Positions 34,181-47,400 of a DNA stretch of 64,000 nt are shown one piece after another; the stretch's first letter is position 1, and the number at the start of each line of letters is the position of its first letter. The stretch covers positions 1,798,001 through 1,862,000 of the forward strand of contig OZ374560.1 of assembly GCA_977862235.1 (NCBI GenBank). Reading direction: 5' to 3'. Made by a program: the position numbers and the translations under genes. The stretch is from Dudresnaya verticillata. Lineage: Eukaryota. The notes beneath the pieces are model-generated. The model had not been told where the DNA came from and did not search any database. It was given only the letters and a program-made list of their open reading frames with translations.

Positions 34181-37100
34181 TTTGTAGGGGTATGACCGCC
34201 CAAAGGGTAGTATTAGGCACGGTAGGGTTGCAAAATTAAACAAAATTCTACATCGATGCGCCAATGCTGCCACTTCGCGCTACAATAGTTTCTACGCATC
34301 CGAAATTATATCTAAAATACATGGTCGCAGCGCCAATGAAAAAATCAGCAGCAGCAGCAGCAGCAGCAGCAAAGCTCAACTGTGATTGGCTGCGCTCGTG
34401 TTGACAGCTTCTTGCAGAGCCGCGGGCATACAGTACGTGGCGCACGACTCTGTTATTGGCTGTGCGCTTGGCGATTTGGATCACGCGCGCCTTCCATTTT
34501 ATATTATAGATATGTATGGCATACAGTACGTAATGGCATGCAGTACGTAATTTTTCGTGGCGCACGATCTCCGACGCAGTGGCCCAGTGGGCGCTTCGCA
34601 GGCACAGGTGCACGGAGTGGTGCTGTTGCATCCTTCTATTTCTGCGCAGCATGCGCGCGCATAAATACAATGGCACCCTGCGTTGATCAGTACGACCCCC
34701 CACCGCGAAGCGAAGCGTGCGACGTCAGGCTGCTGAGGACGGCGCGGGACCACTCTCAGGACTAACTTCGAGTGAAACGTGAAGTCCCCGTCGTGAGGCA
34801 GCCTGGCACAACAGTACGCGAGTGAACAGGCAGTGGGAGTTGAGCAATTCGGTGATTTGGAGGCCTTGTGCAGCCATTGCTACCGCGAGCGTCCACCTGC
34901 TGGCCAGCCCGCATCCAGGGTGGAGTCACAACGGGGTGGGCGTTTGTCGGTAGCCACGTCCGTGTCGCGCAGGGGGTTAGGCTTGGCGAGCGGTGTGGCC
35001 GTACACCTAACCAAGCTATTTGTCCCCGCCCCCTAGCAGAATTCCTGAAGTTGCAAGCTTGCTTGCAGCACACGAGTTGCTGGCTGCTACCGGTGCGAAC
35101 AACAAAGACGTGTGACTGTGAAATCTCGGCATGCGTCTTAGCCGCTTAAGTTGTCTGCGCGCACGTGTGGGCGAGAGCGAAGCGAGAAGGCAGAAGGTCA
35201 ACGTCAAGTGGGAACGGAAATGGTACGCGGAGGTCCGCGACCAAACTCGGGTGGGCCGCGGGAAAATTCTGGCGGGGCGCGGGCGAATTCAGGTGGTGCC
35301 AGGCGTAATTAAGGTGGTGCGAGGTCGAATGCAGGTGTTGCGAGGTCGAATGCAGGTGGTGCGAGGCCGAATGCTGGTGGTGCGAGGTCGAATGCAGGTG
35401 GCTCAAGGCGCAATTCTGGTGGTCAACGCGATAACGCCGGAGGAGCGCGTGCGAATGCGGGGGGCTCGTCCGAATTCAGGTGGTGTGCGTGAAAACGCGG
35501 GCGGTGCACGTTCCAATGCGGGCGGTGCGCGTCAGAATGCGGGTGGTGCGCGTCCGAATGCGGGTGGGGTAAGAGAAAACGCGGGAGGCTCGCCCCAGAA
35601 TGCGGGCGGAGCAAGGGAAAACGCGGGAGGCGCTCGAATTAATGCTGGAGGAAGTCGAACGAACTCTGGAGGGGTTCGCAGCAACGCCGGTAGTGCACGT
35701 GCGAATTCCGGAGGTGCTCGGGTAAACGCTGGAGGTTCTCGTGCAGGCAGTGGGAGGCCACCACGGACTCAGGTGCCTGAACCGGATCAAGGAACGCTCT
35801 CAGAGGAAGGCGGTCACATTACAAATGGTCCGGTGAGCGACGTGTATGAGAAAACATAGAAGAGCCCGTTTCGGGGACATTAGATGCTACTCATATGTCT
35901 GAAGTAGGAAAGGTGGGAAACGGACTTTATTCTGTCTCCTAGGCCTTTGATCTAGGTTTAGAGGATGCCAAGGCATCCGGAAGCATTCTTGAGGCGTTCA
36001 ATACTTCTCGAGACACGAGGCGAAGATGTTCCAACTGTGAAGACCGAAGCCATACTGCCCGACGCTGTTCTCTAGAAGGATGGACGCTCTTTATAAGCAC
36101 CTGCAAGTACTGCGGAAGTTTGGTCCTTGGAAAGGAAGTTGATGGTGTTTGTTGTGGAAAGAGGGGTCCTTCGGGATGGGGCGTTACGTTCCGAAGGAGA
36201 CAGCAGTCCAATCAGCTGGCAGATGTATACAAGCTCCGAGCTTTCCGTACTACGTCCGTACAGCTTAAATCTATCTTTGCTACCTGTCTATCCTTCATGA
36301 AACTCAAGTTCATGCCTGCCGGTGGGCATTCTTTCATGAAGTTGTACGGTAACGCAGCCATATCTGTACCAAAGCGTGATGCAAGATACAACTTCTTCTG
36401 GTCGGACAAGGTACCAAGTTTGAGGGAACTCGATCAGCGATCAAGGATGATGTGGGATGCTGTTAACAACGAAAATGTTCGCCGACTCGTCCCGATTCTG
36501 TATGATCGTCTGAAACCTCCACCGCGTATACTAAGGGAGACTTACCGCTCCTTGGTTTCTCAGTCTTCGCGTGCTGCTGCCGGCAGCTCTTCCAATGACC
36601 CTTCAATCACTGTTCATACAGTAGAAGTGAATGAACAAGTTGCAAATGACGGTGTAGTAATGCAAAACTACCGTGGGAGACATGTTGGGGACATAGAAGG
36701 CGTGGGAGGAGTGGGACCGCTTCCGTAAGATCAAATGGGAGTACCAAGGCATCTACACAGCTAGACTGTAGATCCTTCTGGGCTGTATCGGAGCGAGCAG
36801 CCAATGGTGCAGATAGTCGGAAGCACAGATGTGCATCGAGAAACCACCGCAGGTCAGGCACCGGACAGTCAAAGACGTGTTGTTAAGTACCGTACGTTGA
36901 GTGCAGCATCTAAGTTAGCAGAGGTGGGGGCGTTTCCGCTTCTATACCCGTGTAGTGATGAGCATTTCCCGTTCGATATAGAACTGTTCTTACAAGCACG
37001 AGGGGATAACACTAATACTGACTCTGAAGAAGAGGCAAACCAGAAGAAGGTGCGTAAGCTGACGTGGGCAACCCACGTCAAGCGGCGACTATACTCAGAC

Positions 37101-40100
37101 AATATCCTCCAGGACAGCGGGACACTTTTCCAAGTCTGGCTACTTCGAACCGTTACGAACATAGAAGATCAGCGTCTTAGATTCCTTGAACGTGAGCAAA
37201 CGGCAAGAATCGTCGAGGAGAGAGAACTGCAAGAAGTTGTGATGGATGATGATGAGACATACCGTGCTGGCCGGCTCTTCCTTCCTGATAACCACATCAA
37301 CTCTCCTTCATACTGGCGGGGGACGTTACTAGACGTGCATGCAATCGTTGCAAGAAGGCACATCCCTTCTCTTCTCGTGACTGTTACGATGAACCCATGG
37401 AGGGAAGAGATGGGCCGGCTAGGCCTTGACATTCAACACCGCAGTACCTTCCAGCCTCATGGAAGCAAGCCCCGCGTCTTCGACCGCCCAGATCTCACTG
37501 CAAGAGTTTACAATCAATTGGCAAACGATGTCATGAGGGAGATACAAGAGAACTCACAAGAGTACTTCGGTCGACGTTGTATCGGTATTGCTTGAAAGCT
37601 GGAGTTCCAAGAAAGGAACACGCCGCACAATCACATGTTGGTATTCTTGGAGGGAGGACTACTGGAGGATTTGGATGAAGTTGACGCCATGATCAGTGCA
37701 GAATTGCCGACTGAGGAAGATGATCCGGAACTCCGAGCTTTAGTCAAGAAGTTGAACATGCATCGGCACTCCCCGTACTGTAGGGGCCATACGCGGGACA
37801 GAAGATGCCGCTTCGGGTACGATCAAAATGTCGTGACTCCCTCCACATACATTGATGAGACATGCAATCGCGTTGTGTATCGGCGGAGGAAAGCGGAAGA
37901 TCTCCGAGTTGTACCTTACAATGCCACGTTAACACGAAGGTACAGTTGTTACATCAATGTAGAACGCACACAAGGCGGCGGAGCGGTCGCATACCTCATG
38001 AAGTATACATTCAAGCCACCCAAGTTGCACGACGTAAGCATAAGAACCGGAGCAGAAGAGGGCAGGGACGGGACACAGAGAAACCCCGCAAGGGACAATA
38101 TCCACAATGAAATTGGACTCCACATGCGTGCGAGAGTGAGGGGTGCAGTAGAGGCGACCTAGTCCCTACTTGAGTTCAGACAGGTCAAGATGAAGCCTAC
38201 TGTTTCTGCATATCAGATACACTTAGAAGGAGAACGAAACATTGTCATCCGTAACCCGAATCTTCCTCGTCAATTGTCAGACTCACCGTTACTGCGCTAC
38301 TTCAAGCGTCCGACATAGTACAGGTCCAAAACCTTTCTCGACTATATGGAAGAGTTTAAGTTCTTTAAGACACTTCCACGAAGCCTTCAGTCCCGGAGTG
38401 GTGACATTCCACGCGACAATGGGCGTCCCAGTCAATATGTGGTAAGAAGAGGGTCCGATGAAGACACTGTAGCACGAATCCGCTTCGTTTCACCAGCCAA
38501 TGTCGAGCTTTTTGCACTCCGAGTGATCGTCATGCACAGGGCTCTCTCCTCCTTCGCAGATGGCAAAGAATTCGAAGGGGCTCGATACGAATCGTTCCGT
38601 GATGCAGCAGTGGCTATGGGTCCCTATGCCGATGGAAATGAGTATGACCGGTCCTTCGATGAAGCAGTGCGAATGCATTCAACTCCTGGAAGCCTGCGCT
38701 TCATGATAGTGACGCTTTACCAGCAGGGAGGGCATCCAAATAGAATGTTAGAGAGGCACATGGACTACTTGATATCCGATATTAACCTGGGCTCTACTGC
38801 TAGCGACAAGGGCGAGCTTATCCGCAGACTCATTGAGATATCCGACCGTCATGGCGGGCATCTACTAAGGCATCACCGCTCATTCCGTTCTTTCGTCAGT
38901 TCTCAGGAACGATCCACGGAGACTGAAAGGGGACAGAACGAGATCAATCGAGCTTCTTCATCTAGGAGTACACGAACACGCCTGGAGGACAAGTACCGTA
39001 CTTTAAACTCGCAACAGAAGCGTGTGTTTGACAGGCTCATGACGAACTTAATGGAACGACGTCAGCAAGACACACTAGGGACAGATGGAAACTTATTCTT
39101 CTTACAAGGACACGCTGGAACAGGGAAGACTTATCTTCTTTCTCTACTACGCGACATGGCACAGGTCAAGGGAATGCACGTGGAGATTACTGCGACTACA
39201 GGAATTGCAGCATCACTGTACTCAGGGAGGCGCACACTCCACAGCTCATTTGGTCTTGGAGTAGATGACAAAGACAGTTCTGAGCGACATGCGAAGCTTT
39301 CAAAGTATGGGCCACGTTCGCAAAGAGCATAGATGCTTCGAAACATGGCGCTTCTCATTGTTGATGAGGCCTCAATGATGTAACGCGTTCTATTTGAGCA
39401 CGTTGACGCAATTCTGAAGGACCTTAGAGTGAGACCGGGACATTCAATGACCGGTGGTGGGGGTACCAGCAGTAGCTCGGATTCTGCACAAGACAAGCCG
39501 CTATTTGGAGGCTTGAGTATCGTGTTTGCCGGAGACTGTCTTCAGCTTCTCCCCGTAGTGCCGTCAAGGAGACTGGAGGAAGATGAACAGGGGACTACAC
39601 GCTACGTTAACGTATCACTTTTGGACGAACTTCCGTGGGTTTCCTCCCTTTGGCCCCGTGTGAATGTCCTCCGCATTACCCAGCAGGTCCGTCAGGCAGA
39701 AGACCAGAGATTCAGTAGAATGTTGATGTCTATCGCGACTGGGAGGTTCCCAGCCACATGCCCGCTTCCTTTTTATTCCACCGGCGATATGACAGAAGCG
39801 TACGAAGGTCTTTGGAAGTGGGATAGAACCGGAAATCCGAGGGATGTTTAACCGAACCGCATGATTGTTTGTCCCACCAACGCGCTCGTCGATGAGCACA
39901 ATGAGGAATGCTTGAAACGATTCCCGGGTACAATGTTCTCACTCAAGTCGGCAACCAGTATTGTTCCGGTCCGACGCAGCGGCAGAAGTTCCAACCCTAT
40001 CAGCAACAATAGTGTGGCAGAAATGACGTACCGGTATATGCCGACAGGGGTTCCGCCGCATGATCTACAACTTAAACTCGGTGTTCCAGTCATGGTTATC

Positions 40101-41019
40101 AGAAACGTTCTTCACCCTCACATTGTCAATGGAGCAATGTTTGTCGTCAAGCGCTACACATGCAGAATGGTTTACGTTGCGAAGATTGGTCAATCTGGAA
40201 GCGAACTGGAATACTTCGCGTTACATCGCATAGACTTTCAGTTTGAATTTCACGGAGTTCGCGTCACGAGAAGGCAGTTCCCTATCCGTCTGGCGTTCAG
40301 CGCTACGGTGCATAAGGCACAAGGACAGACCTTAAGCAGAATGATCGTCGACCTGCGTTCCAACTTCTTCTCTCCAGGGCAGCTATACGTTGCCCTTTCC
40401 CGAGCAAAGAAATCTGGCGATATTCTTCTACTACATAAGGAGGAAGATCGTACATCCGACCACGAACATCCATTCCATAATATGCCTGTTGCCGTCAGCA
40501 ACCCGTTTCTTCCAGAGGCTGTTGACTTTGTTGAAGGCAGACGTGATGGATGATTCTACTACTTAGAAAATCACAGCCTCTTAAAGGCGTCGATAATTCC
40601 TTTCATATCTTAGTGCATCTTGGACGTTCTCTTACAGAACGACGATATGTGTTCTCTTTCTTCTTTTTATTGCATTAAATCGTCTTGACACTTTACATGC
40701 CCTGCCGTGACAGCCTAGTACACAAACACCCTGTCTAAATAGGAGAGTGGAACACCGAGGTAAAACAAACTGTCTAAATGCGAGACAAGCAAACTAAGGC
40801 AACATGGCAAAATGACAAAATGGTACGTCTAGGCAGCCTGTCAAAATGACAAACTGGCAAGTTGTGACCAGGCACCCTGTCAAAATGACAAACTGCCACG
40901 TCCAGATCCCCTGTCAAATGTTCACATCAGAACCATCTGCACACAGAAAACTACTTTGCGAAACTGTAAAGGGCTCCGGGGACACATCGCGGCGCGCCGC
41001 GCCGCGATGGCTTCCCTTG
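34181..41019 (+). mobile_element. Helitron, right copy, apparently with both termini
   Basis: 5' A|TTTGTAGGGGTATGACCGC (shared with the small element); 11-bp GC hairpin at 40985-41009, then CTTG|T; subterminal TGTCAAAATGACA repeats at 40805-40920. Confidence 0.85.
35220..40553 (+). pseudogene. Helitron RepHel (7-aa repeats, CCHC knuckle, HUH-Y2 Rep, PIF1 helicase), disrupted
   Basis: GGARxNA repeats; CSNCEDRSHTARRC; CKYCG..VCCGKRG; EFQERNTPHNHML; YLMKYTFK; GHAGTGKTYL; helicase motifs through GQLYVALSR; several stops. Confidence 0.95.
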
Positions 41020-41311
41020 TAATCCTGCATAAGGATAGTGATGACGGCCGTACGGTTGGCTGACCATGACTGAATGCATTGTATTACCTTAGGGTGTCAT
41101 TGAGACCCGGAAACTGGCGCAGCTCACACTCGGAGGTACGCCTATCCATAACGTCTCTATTGTGACGGTACCGATCACTGTCTCCTCCTCCGTATAATCC
41201 CTCCCACTGGGGATTGCGTTCCTGCCACCTCTCGAGCTTCCGGCGCCGCCTACTCCAGATTCCTCTGGAACTATTGAAACAGTACTGATTACGATTTTTT
41301 GTTATAGTAAC

Positions 41312-42199
41312 TCATGATGTACTTCTGGTCTGATGGATGGCTTTCGGTGATACCCACCTTTCCAAGCTCAGACCAAATAAAGAAAGGGGGTCATCTCGGG
41401 GCTCCTCTGAGAAGACCATTTCGTTGTGCCAACCAGCCGCGAATTTGTTCACCTCGCGAGTCATCGGGACGATGTCCTTGATAAGGACCTCTTCTATCGT
41501 CTCGATACCTTGCATCGTCTCCTCAACGCGGTTGACAGTACTGGCATTCATGATATACGTGCGAGAACCACGCAGGGCCTCGCTCCACCACACATGTAGT
41601 AGAAGAGTCGAGTACTAGATCTGAATAGAAAATAGCAAACGCCTGAGTCGATTCGTGTTGTACTCCTCTCCAGCGTCCTTGACCTCCTTGAAGAACTAAA
41701 ACACAGCAAATGGAACCGGTACCGGTAACGCCGCAGGATGCTGCATGTGAACGACCTCGCCTTGGGCCGTAGAATACGTCTCCTTCTTTTCGTCGACACG
41801 GAGATATGGACCCTCACAGCGGTCGAGTGGGACCCAAAGATTGAAACGACGGCGATAGTAGTTCTCACGACATAGCGCCGGACGGTAGTTGAATGAGTGG
41901 AACCATCTTACCCCAAACTTGTGTTTGGTTATCGGCACCATTGACGCGGACAGGGACTTGTCGCCCAAGCTCTCATCGCTAGGGCGGATGTACATTTCAT
42001 GAAGGTATGGAATATCCTTCGCCTCCTTTGCGAACGTACGGTCGCATTCTAGGGTTTTCTGAGAAGCGAACAGCGAACGGATGCTGTTCACGCGAAGGCA
42101 GAAGGCGTCCTTCGCAACTGCGACCCCCTTTTTCACATCAATGTACGCATACGCGTTCATATCAGCCCGTCTGGAAGAAGGGCTACAAGACTCCACCAA
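41312..42199 (-). pseudogene. Decayed ORF of unknown function
   Basis: ORFs 41696-42199 and 41312-41593 are in one frame, joined through two stops; protein-like composition. Confidence 0.5.
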
Positions 42200-44488
42200 C
42201 TGCCAGTAGCTGTTGCTAGCCGAAGGCTCTGGGTTTCAGTCTTGCTTCCTGGAAAGGAGAGCCGAATGCAGCTTGAACACAGCGCCCGACCCGAAAATCT
42301 GATCAGCCTCGCTGGTACCGACTGGCGTCAGGTAAGGGCCACTCTGCAAGGAAACTGCGGGAAAACTTTTCCCTTCCATGAACATGATTGTCCGGGGCTG
42401 AAGCTGAGGTAGACGGCGGCAGTGCAGGATCCTGCTGCGGTGTTGTTAACTCTCCATCGGGTTGCGCAGACGGAGTACCGATACCGGTCCCATGTGTGCA
42501 GGCGCCGCCCCGTCTGTCTAGTCCGATGAGCACGTGCTCATGGCGAGAGCGCAGGAAATCACACAGTGGGAAAGGGGCGCGCACTAGTCTAGTGCGCGCA
42601 CAGGGGCGTGTACACGGGGCCGACCGTGGCAGGGTAAAGGGGGAGTGGAAGGGCGTGCGTAGAGAGGTAGGGAAGTGTTCGGAGGGAGCCGACAGGTTGT
42701 GGTTGTGTGGGTGCCGGGTGAGGGAGAAGGGGGCGAACGTGCGTGTCGATTCGATAAACACCCCGGCTCACTCTCGATTGCGCGCCAAACCCAAATATCC
42801 CATCAATGATCCTGCCAATAGTGGCGGTCTGGCCCAAGCAACCGGCCGTGCATGCGCTGCGAAGCCACAGCGGGTCGCTGGGCGAACGCCCACATGGGTA
42901 ATATTGCGCCGGCGGAAGGCCTTCCGGAGCCGGTTCAGTATGCTGGGCATGTGCCAGAGTGCCAGCCTCCGGGTCCCTCTGCGGCTTCCCATGACAGATC
43001 TGCAGAACATACGCCGCATATGTAGCCGTTCGGCTCATATGTTCGGCTCATAGCTCTGGAAATCCACCAAAACGTATGGATGACGCCACTAGGGCCAGAA
43101 ATGTGCACATCCTGCCGCTAGATCGTATGCACGCGGTGCGTCGGAGCGGGAAGCAGGATCTGGCCCAGTAATGTTGCTCGGACCACTGCGAGGGTATCGG
43201 AAGGGATTAGTTCCAGTGCTGTTGGTGTCAGTTGGCCTGTAGGCCGAAACTAAAGGGCCCATAGACCGACACACTCAGAAAAGCATAAGCTTATAATGCA
43301 TTTACACAAATAAATGGACAGCAGCGATGCCTGCTCGAGTCGCATGTCGAGATCTGTGATGCACGTTGCACAAGACCACAAAGTGGATTGTTCCTAGGGC
43401 CAATCAAATTACATGTGTATATGCGAGTACTTGCAACGGCTGATTAAACCGGTTCAGGCTGTCATCATCTCGTGGCATACTGTAATATCAAAATCTCGAG
43501 ATCCTTGCCGGCTGCATAACAGCAATTGTCCTGTCGCCCTGAACCATAAATCTTATTGCTGCAGAGCGATAATTTTGTGCCTTCACTATCCCACTGGGCT
43601 GTTATATTTGGACCTTCAGTACTGAACGCCTGTGTCACAATTGTTTCGAAGTCTGCCACCACCACAATCGTGTCCCGTGAAGTACGAGGACTACACTGTA
43701 CTCCACAGATGCATACTCACGTCAAATATGTCTTGTTAACGGCATGACCAGGTATCTAAATCCCTACTGTTAATGAATAATCCATTACTCCTTAAAACGC
43801 TGTAAGCCCAATAAAATATTGTAAATGGATATCAATATCCGGTCGAACCTGTAGCCGAGGACTCGATGTATAGGGTACCCTGCTGCTACAATGCAAAAAT
43901 ATCCGATATATATTTCTGAACCACTAACCGTAATGGATAGAACTATTGAATGGCACTCGCTATTTGTACCATTGGATATGAGAACAGACTGAATTTGTTT
44001 TAATAATAAATAGGGATTCCTATTTCAACGAACAGCCACATACGATCGAAAATTCTGAAACGATAAGATATCCTATCGATACTCGGTATTATCACAGTAT
44101 AAACATACCGTAGATGTAGGTGAATTGCAATAAATCATGCTTCATCCCATTCAAATGTAACATTGGCCATAACCTTGTAGCATACTGTGCAGTGTTTTGT
44201 ATGTAGGGCTTTTAGTATGAACAATACTTATTGTTCATACTAAAAACCTAAGTATTTGTGGCTCAGATCCTGACATTTGTAGCAATCCGTACGCATTCGA
44301 CGTGCCGATTCTGCAACAGGGCACAGCGCTGTCTCAGTCAGGATAACAGCTTCAAACGGATCTTTACTCTAGAATTGTTCGCAAGGAAACTTCTATTTGC
44401 AAAATACACATCTTTGTACGAAGGGTATATGAATAAGTGAGACGTGGGACGCTAAATTTCTAAACACTTTAGGTGGTAATCAGTACCA

Positions 44489-47400
44489 ATGAATCCCTTT
44501 CCAAATGCAAAGAAGATAAGCAGAAGAACTGAACAGTCTTCATGGGAACACCAATGTCGGCAGATGTCCTCTATTATTCAAACAATGCAGGATTACTTTC
44601 AAAATTCCGATCATCGCAGTCGAACGAGAAGTGAATTGGACGCCACGAACACGTGGCGACGGCGACGTCGACGTTAGAATTTTGCGACGTTAGTGTGCAA
44701 GATCCCAAAGCCGAGCTAGATCGTGACAACATACCGCAGCAGGAAGGACCTACTAGTTAGCCCGTACCGGCTTCCTTAAATGAATTACGAGCTCGAGGCG
44801 GTAGGGAAAATATTTTCAGGAGTGCTGCACCACCATTTATGGTACGAGTTGCAATCTTTTCGAAAATCTTGCGGAGGAGATGTTCACCACAGCCCCTGAG
44901 CATGAGTTCGAGTACCCCTTGTTTCTGTTGGACGACATAGGAAGCATTCTACCTGAGACAGAAGTACTTTAGTATCTAAACGTCGAGTCTTTTACAAATA
45001 AGACAGTATATCTGCGAAGAATCGAAAAGCTTCTATCGTTATGGAAGATTCCTCTTCATTTTACTGCCATATTGTGTGTAGTAGGAAGCGTACGATTCAC
45101 AGTTGAATAGTATGCGTTTTTGAGGGATCTCATCGAGAAATTCAGTACTGAATGTCCTGGAGTACTCCAAAGAAAGTGAGTCTGATGACACCAGACAACC
45201 GAAAGGTAATATGTTCGCGTCTAATTCTGTACAGAAAGAAGACATACGCATCATCCTACCGAGTTCTTGGGCAAAGCTAGATGTTTGCATACCTCCTCTG
45301 TTTGAACAGATGTTCCCCAACTTTGTAAGCAGAGAGAGGCAACCTACTAGGTTGCTAGTAGTTGCAGTGTGATGTTGCAAGAAAAGGTGAGGGACAATGA
45401 ACTGGAGTACTCCAATATGGCGTAGCGAAGAGAAGCTGTTCTACTATCGTGTCACCAAGTATACGCATAAAATGATGGGCAATTCATACGATGCGTCCCA
45501 AGAGACAAGTTATATATCAACTGTTCAGACACTAGACCTGCCTTTCAAACAGGATTCTTGCTGTTCAGTACTGGCGTTTGTTACAGCTTTAAATAATCAA
45601 CTACCTTCGTATGGTCCTTTACAGCAAATGTAAAGACAAATAAAGCTTTAAAAGGTTCGTAAAGATTCCACACTTATCCCAACGCGAGAAGAAAGTGATG
45701 GAATGCTTAAAAGGTTCAGTATCTGGAACCAGAACCGGACGTGGGACTGAATACGATGCTTCGGGAGTACTCCCTTCAGATGTATGTTGTCTTCTGCGCA
45801 ATGCAAAATTAGAAAACCTGTGAAGCGCCCTCATCTGTCTTCCCAATTCCTGTGATACTGTTCTGGAGAAAAGAGTACGGGAAGGCCTCCAAGACAGTCA
45901 TTTGGATAAAATGGGACTCCGTTCGGAGTTATATTGAGAGCGATTGTACAATAATAGCTATACAGCCGAACAAGTTAATACGACATGTTGTTGAGAGTGT
46001 CTGCTATGTGCCCGGAACCAGTTTGTTCGCGGAGCTCCCTTCCAGTTGAAGTAGTAACAAAAAGCATGGAATAGTTCAGAACGGAGGGAACCTTATGTTA
46101 TATATATAGAGAACTCTTACATAGTGATGACTTTCAAAATACTGCTACAATGACCTCTCAATGGTCAGCTGGAGGTCGTTGCTTTCCACCCATTTCGCTA
46201 CCCCCAGAGGCACGAAGGTTAGCTTCATCCGTATGGATAGTTAGCTTAACATCTCCTGGGGTTTCATCCAATGAGGTAGTGAGGTTCATAGTTGCAGACT
46301 TGGTTAAGGCAGCTTCATAAGGCGTGGATGGCTACACACCGGACGGTTTGGCAGTTAAAATATTTATCGACGTCGTAGGGTACGTTCCGGACTACTCAGC
46401 ATTAGCGGGTATTGTTGACGTCGTCGCCCATGTTGGAAATTCTCCGTGCACTTTGTATTCTTTCCGGAGACTCCCTAAATTGAAGGTTGAAGGGACGAGG
46501 TACGGGTATACAACACAGCTTCACGCAAGGAATTCCGCTTTCCCTCGACCCGCGAGAGGCATACGTCTATTAGAGAAAATGGAATTGCGATCGCAGTTGC
46601 AAGTCTTCTTGGACTCATACGAGAATCTAGGGCCTCAGACAGTAACTGCCCTCTAGTATATTTACAAAATTGTGGCGTAGACGTCAGGTCGAACTGACGT
46701 CTAGCTGCGCTGGTCGATCAGTCGCGCCCAGACCCGTCGAAGGGTGGTAGCTGTGGTGGTAGAGCGGTGGTGTCGGCCGCGCGCGCCGTCGACGGTCGCG
46801 GATCAACGGCGTCGAAGCCTGAGCGCGCACGGGGCGTACCGTACGCGGGCAGCAGCGGCCGGATCCCTGCGTCCCCGTCGTGGGGCGGCACGAAGCCGAC
46901 GGTAGGGAAAGGAAAAGGAAAGCCTAGACGGATAGGGAAAGAGGGAAGCCGTAGGGCGAAGGACTGGGAAAGAAACCCAAAGCAGAAAGGGCAAGCCTGG
47001 CGTAGGCTGGCTTGCCTTGGTTTACTGAAGCCCAGAGGGGCGACTACTAGATATACTACAGGGCCTGCGGCGGCACCAACCCGGGAGGTGCGCCGGCGCG
47101 CCCCAACACGCGTCGACGCGTACGGGTAACGGTAACCCGGGGGCGCGCGTAGGCGGAACGGTCCACACGTACTCAACGGCTCGACGCCGGAGTGTGCGCG
47201 CGCGTGTCACGCACTCAACGGCTCTGCGCCGGAGTGCGTGCGCACAGCGCGCGGGACAGCAGGGCGTTCGACCGCCGCTTACACTAGAGGGTGCTGTACA
47301 CTTACAAAACAATAAACGTAGAAATTACATGGGAGTTTCAGTGTCACACGCGAACGCGTGTACACGTGGGCGCCACTGCGCACTCCCTTACAGTTCAGCG

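Noticed and set aside
35270..35745. CRISPR-like array
   Set aside because: Contiguous degenerate 21-bp coding repeats with no unique spacers and no cas genes
36725..36771. Intron explaining stops shared by both Helitron copies (GTAAGA...CAG/TAG)
   Set aside because: Flanking ORFs are already in the same frame; the 36-nt option leaves a TAG and the 47-nt option shifts frame
45180..45210. Hammerhead ribozyme core (CTGATGA...GAAA)
   Set aside because: No stem II pairing between the conserved boxes
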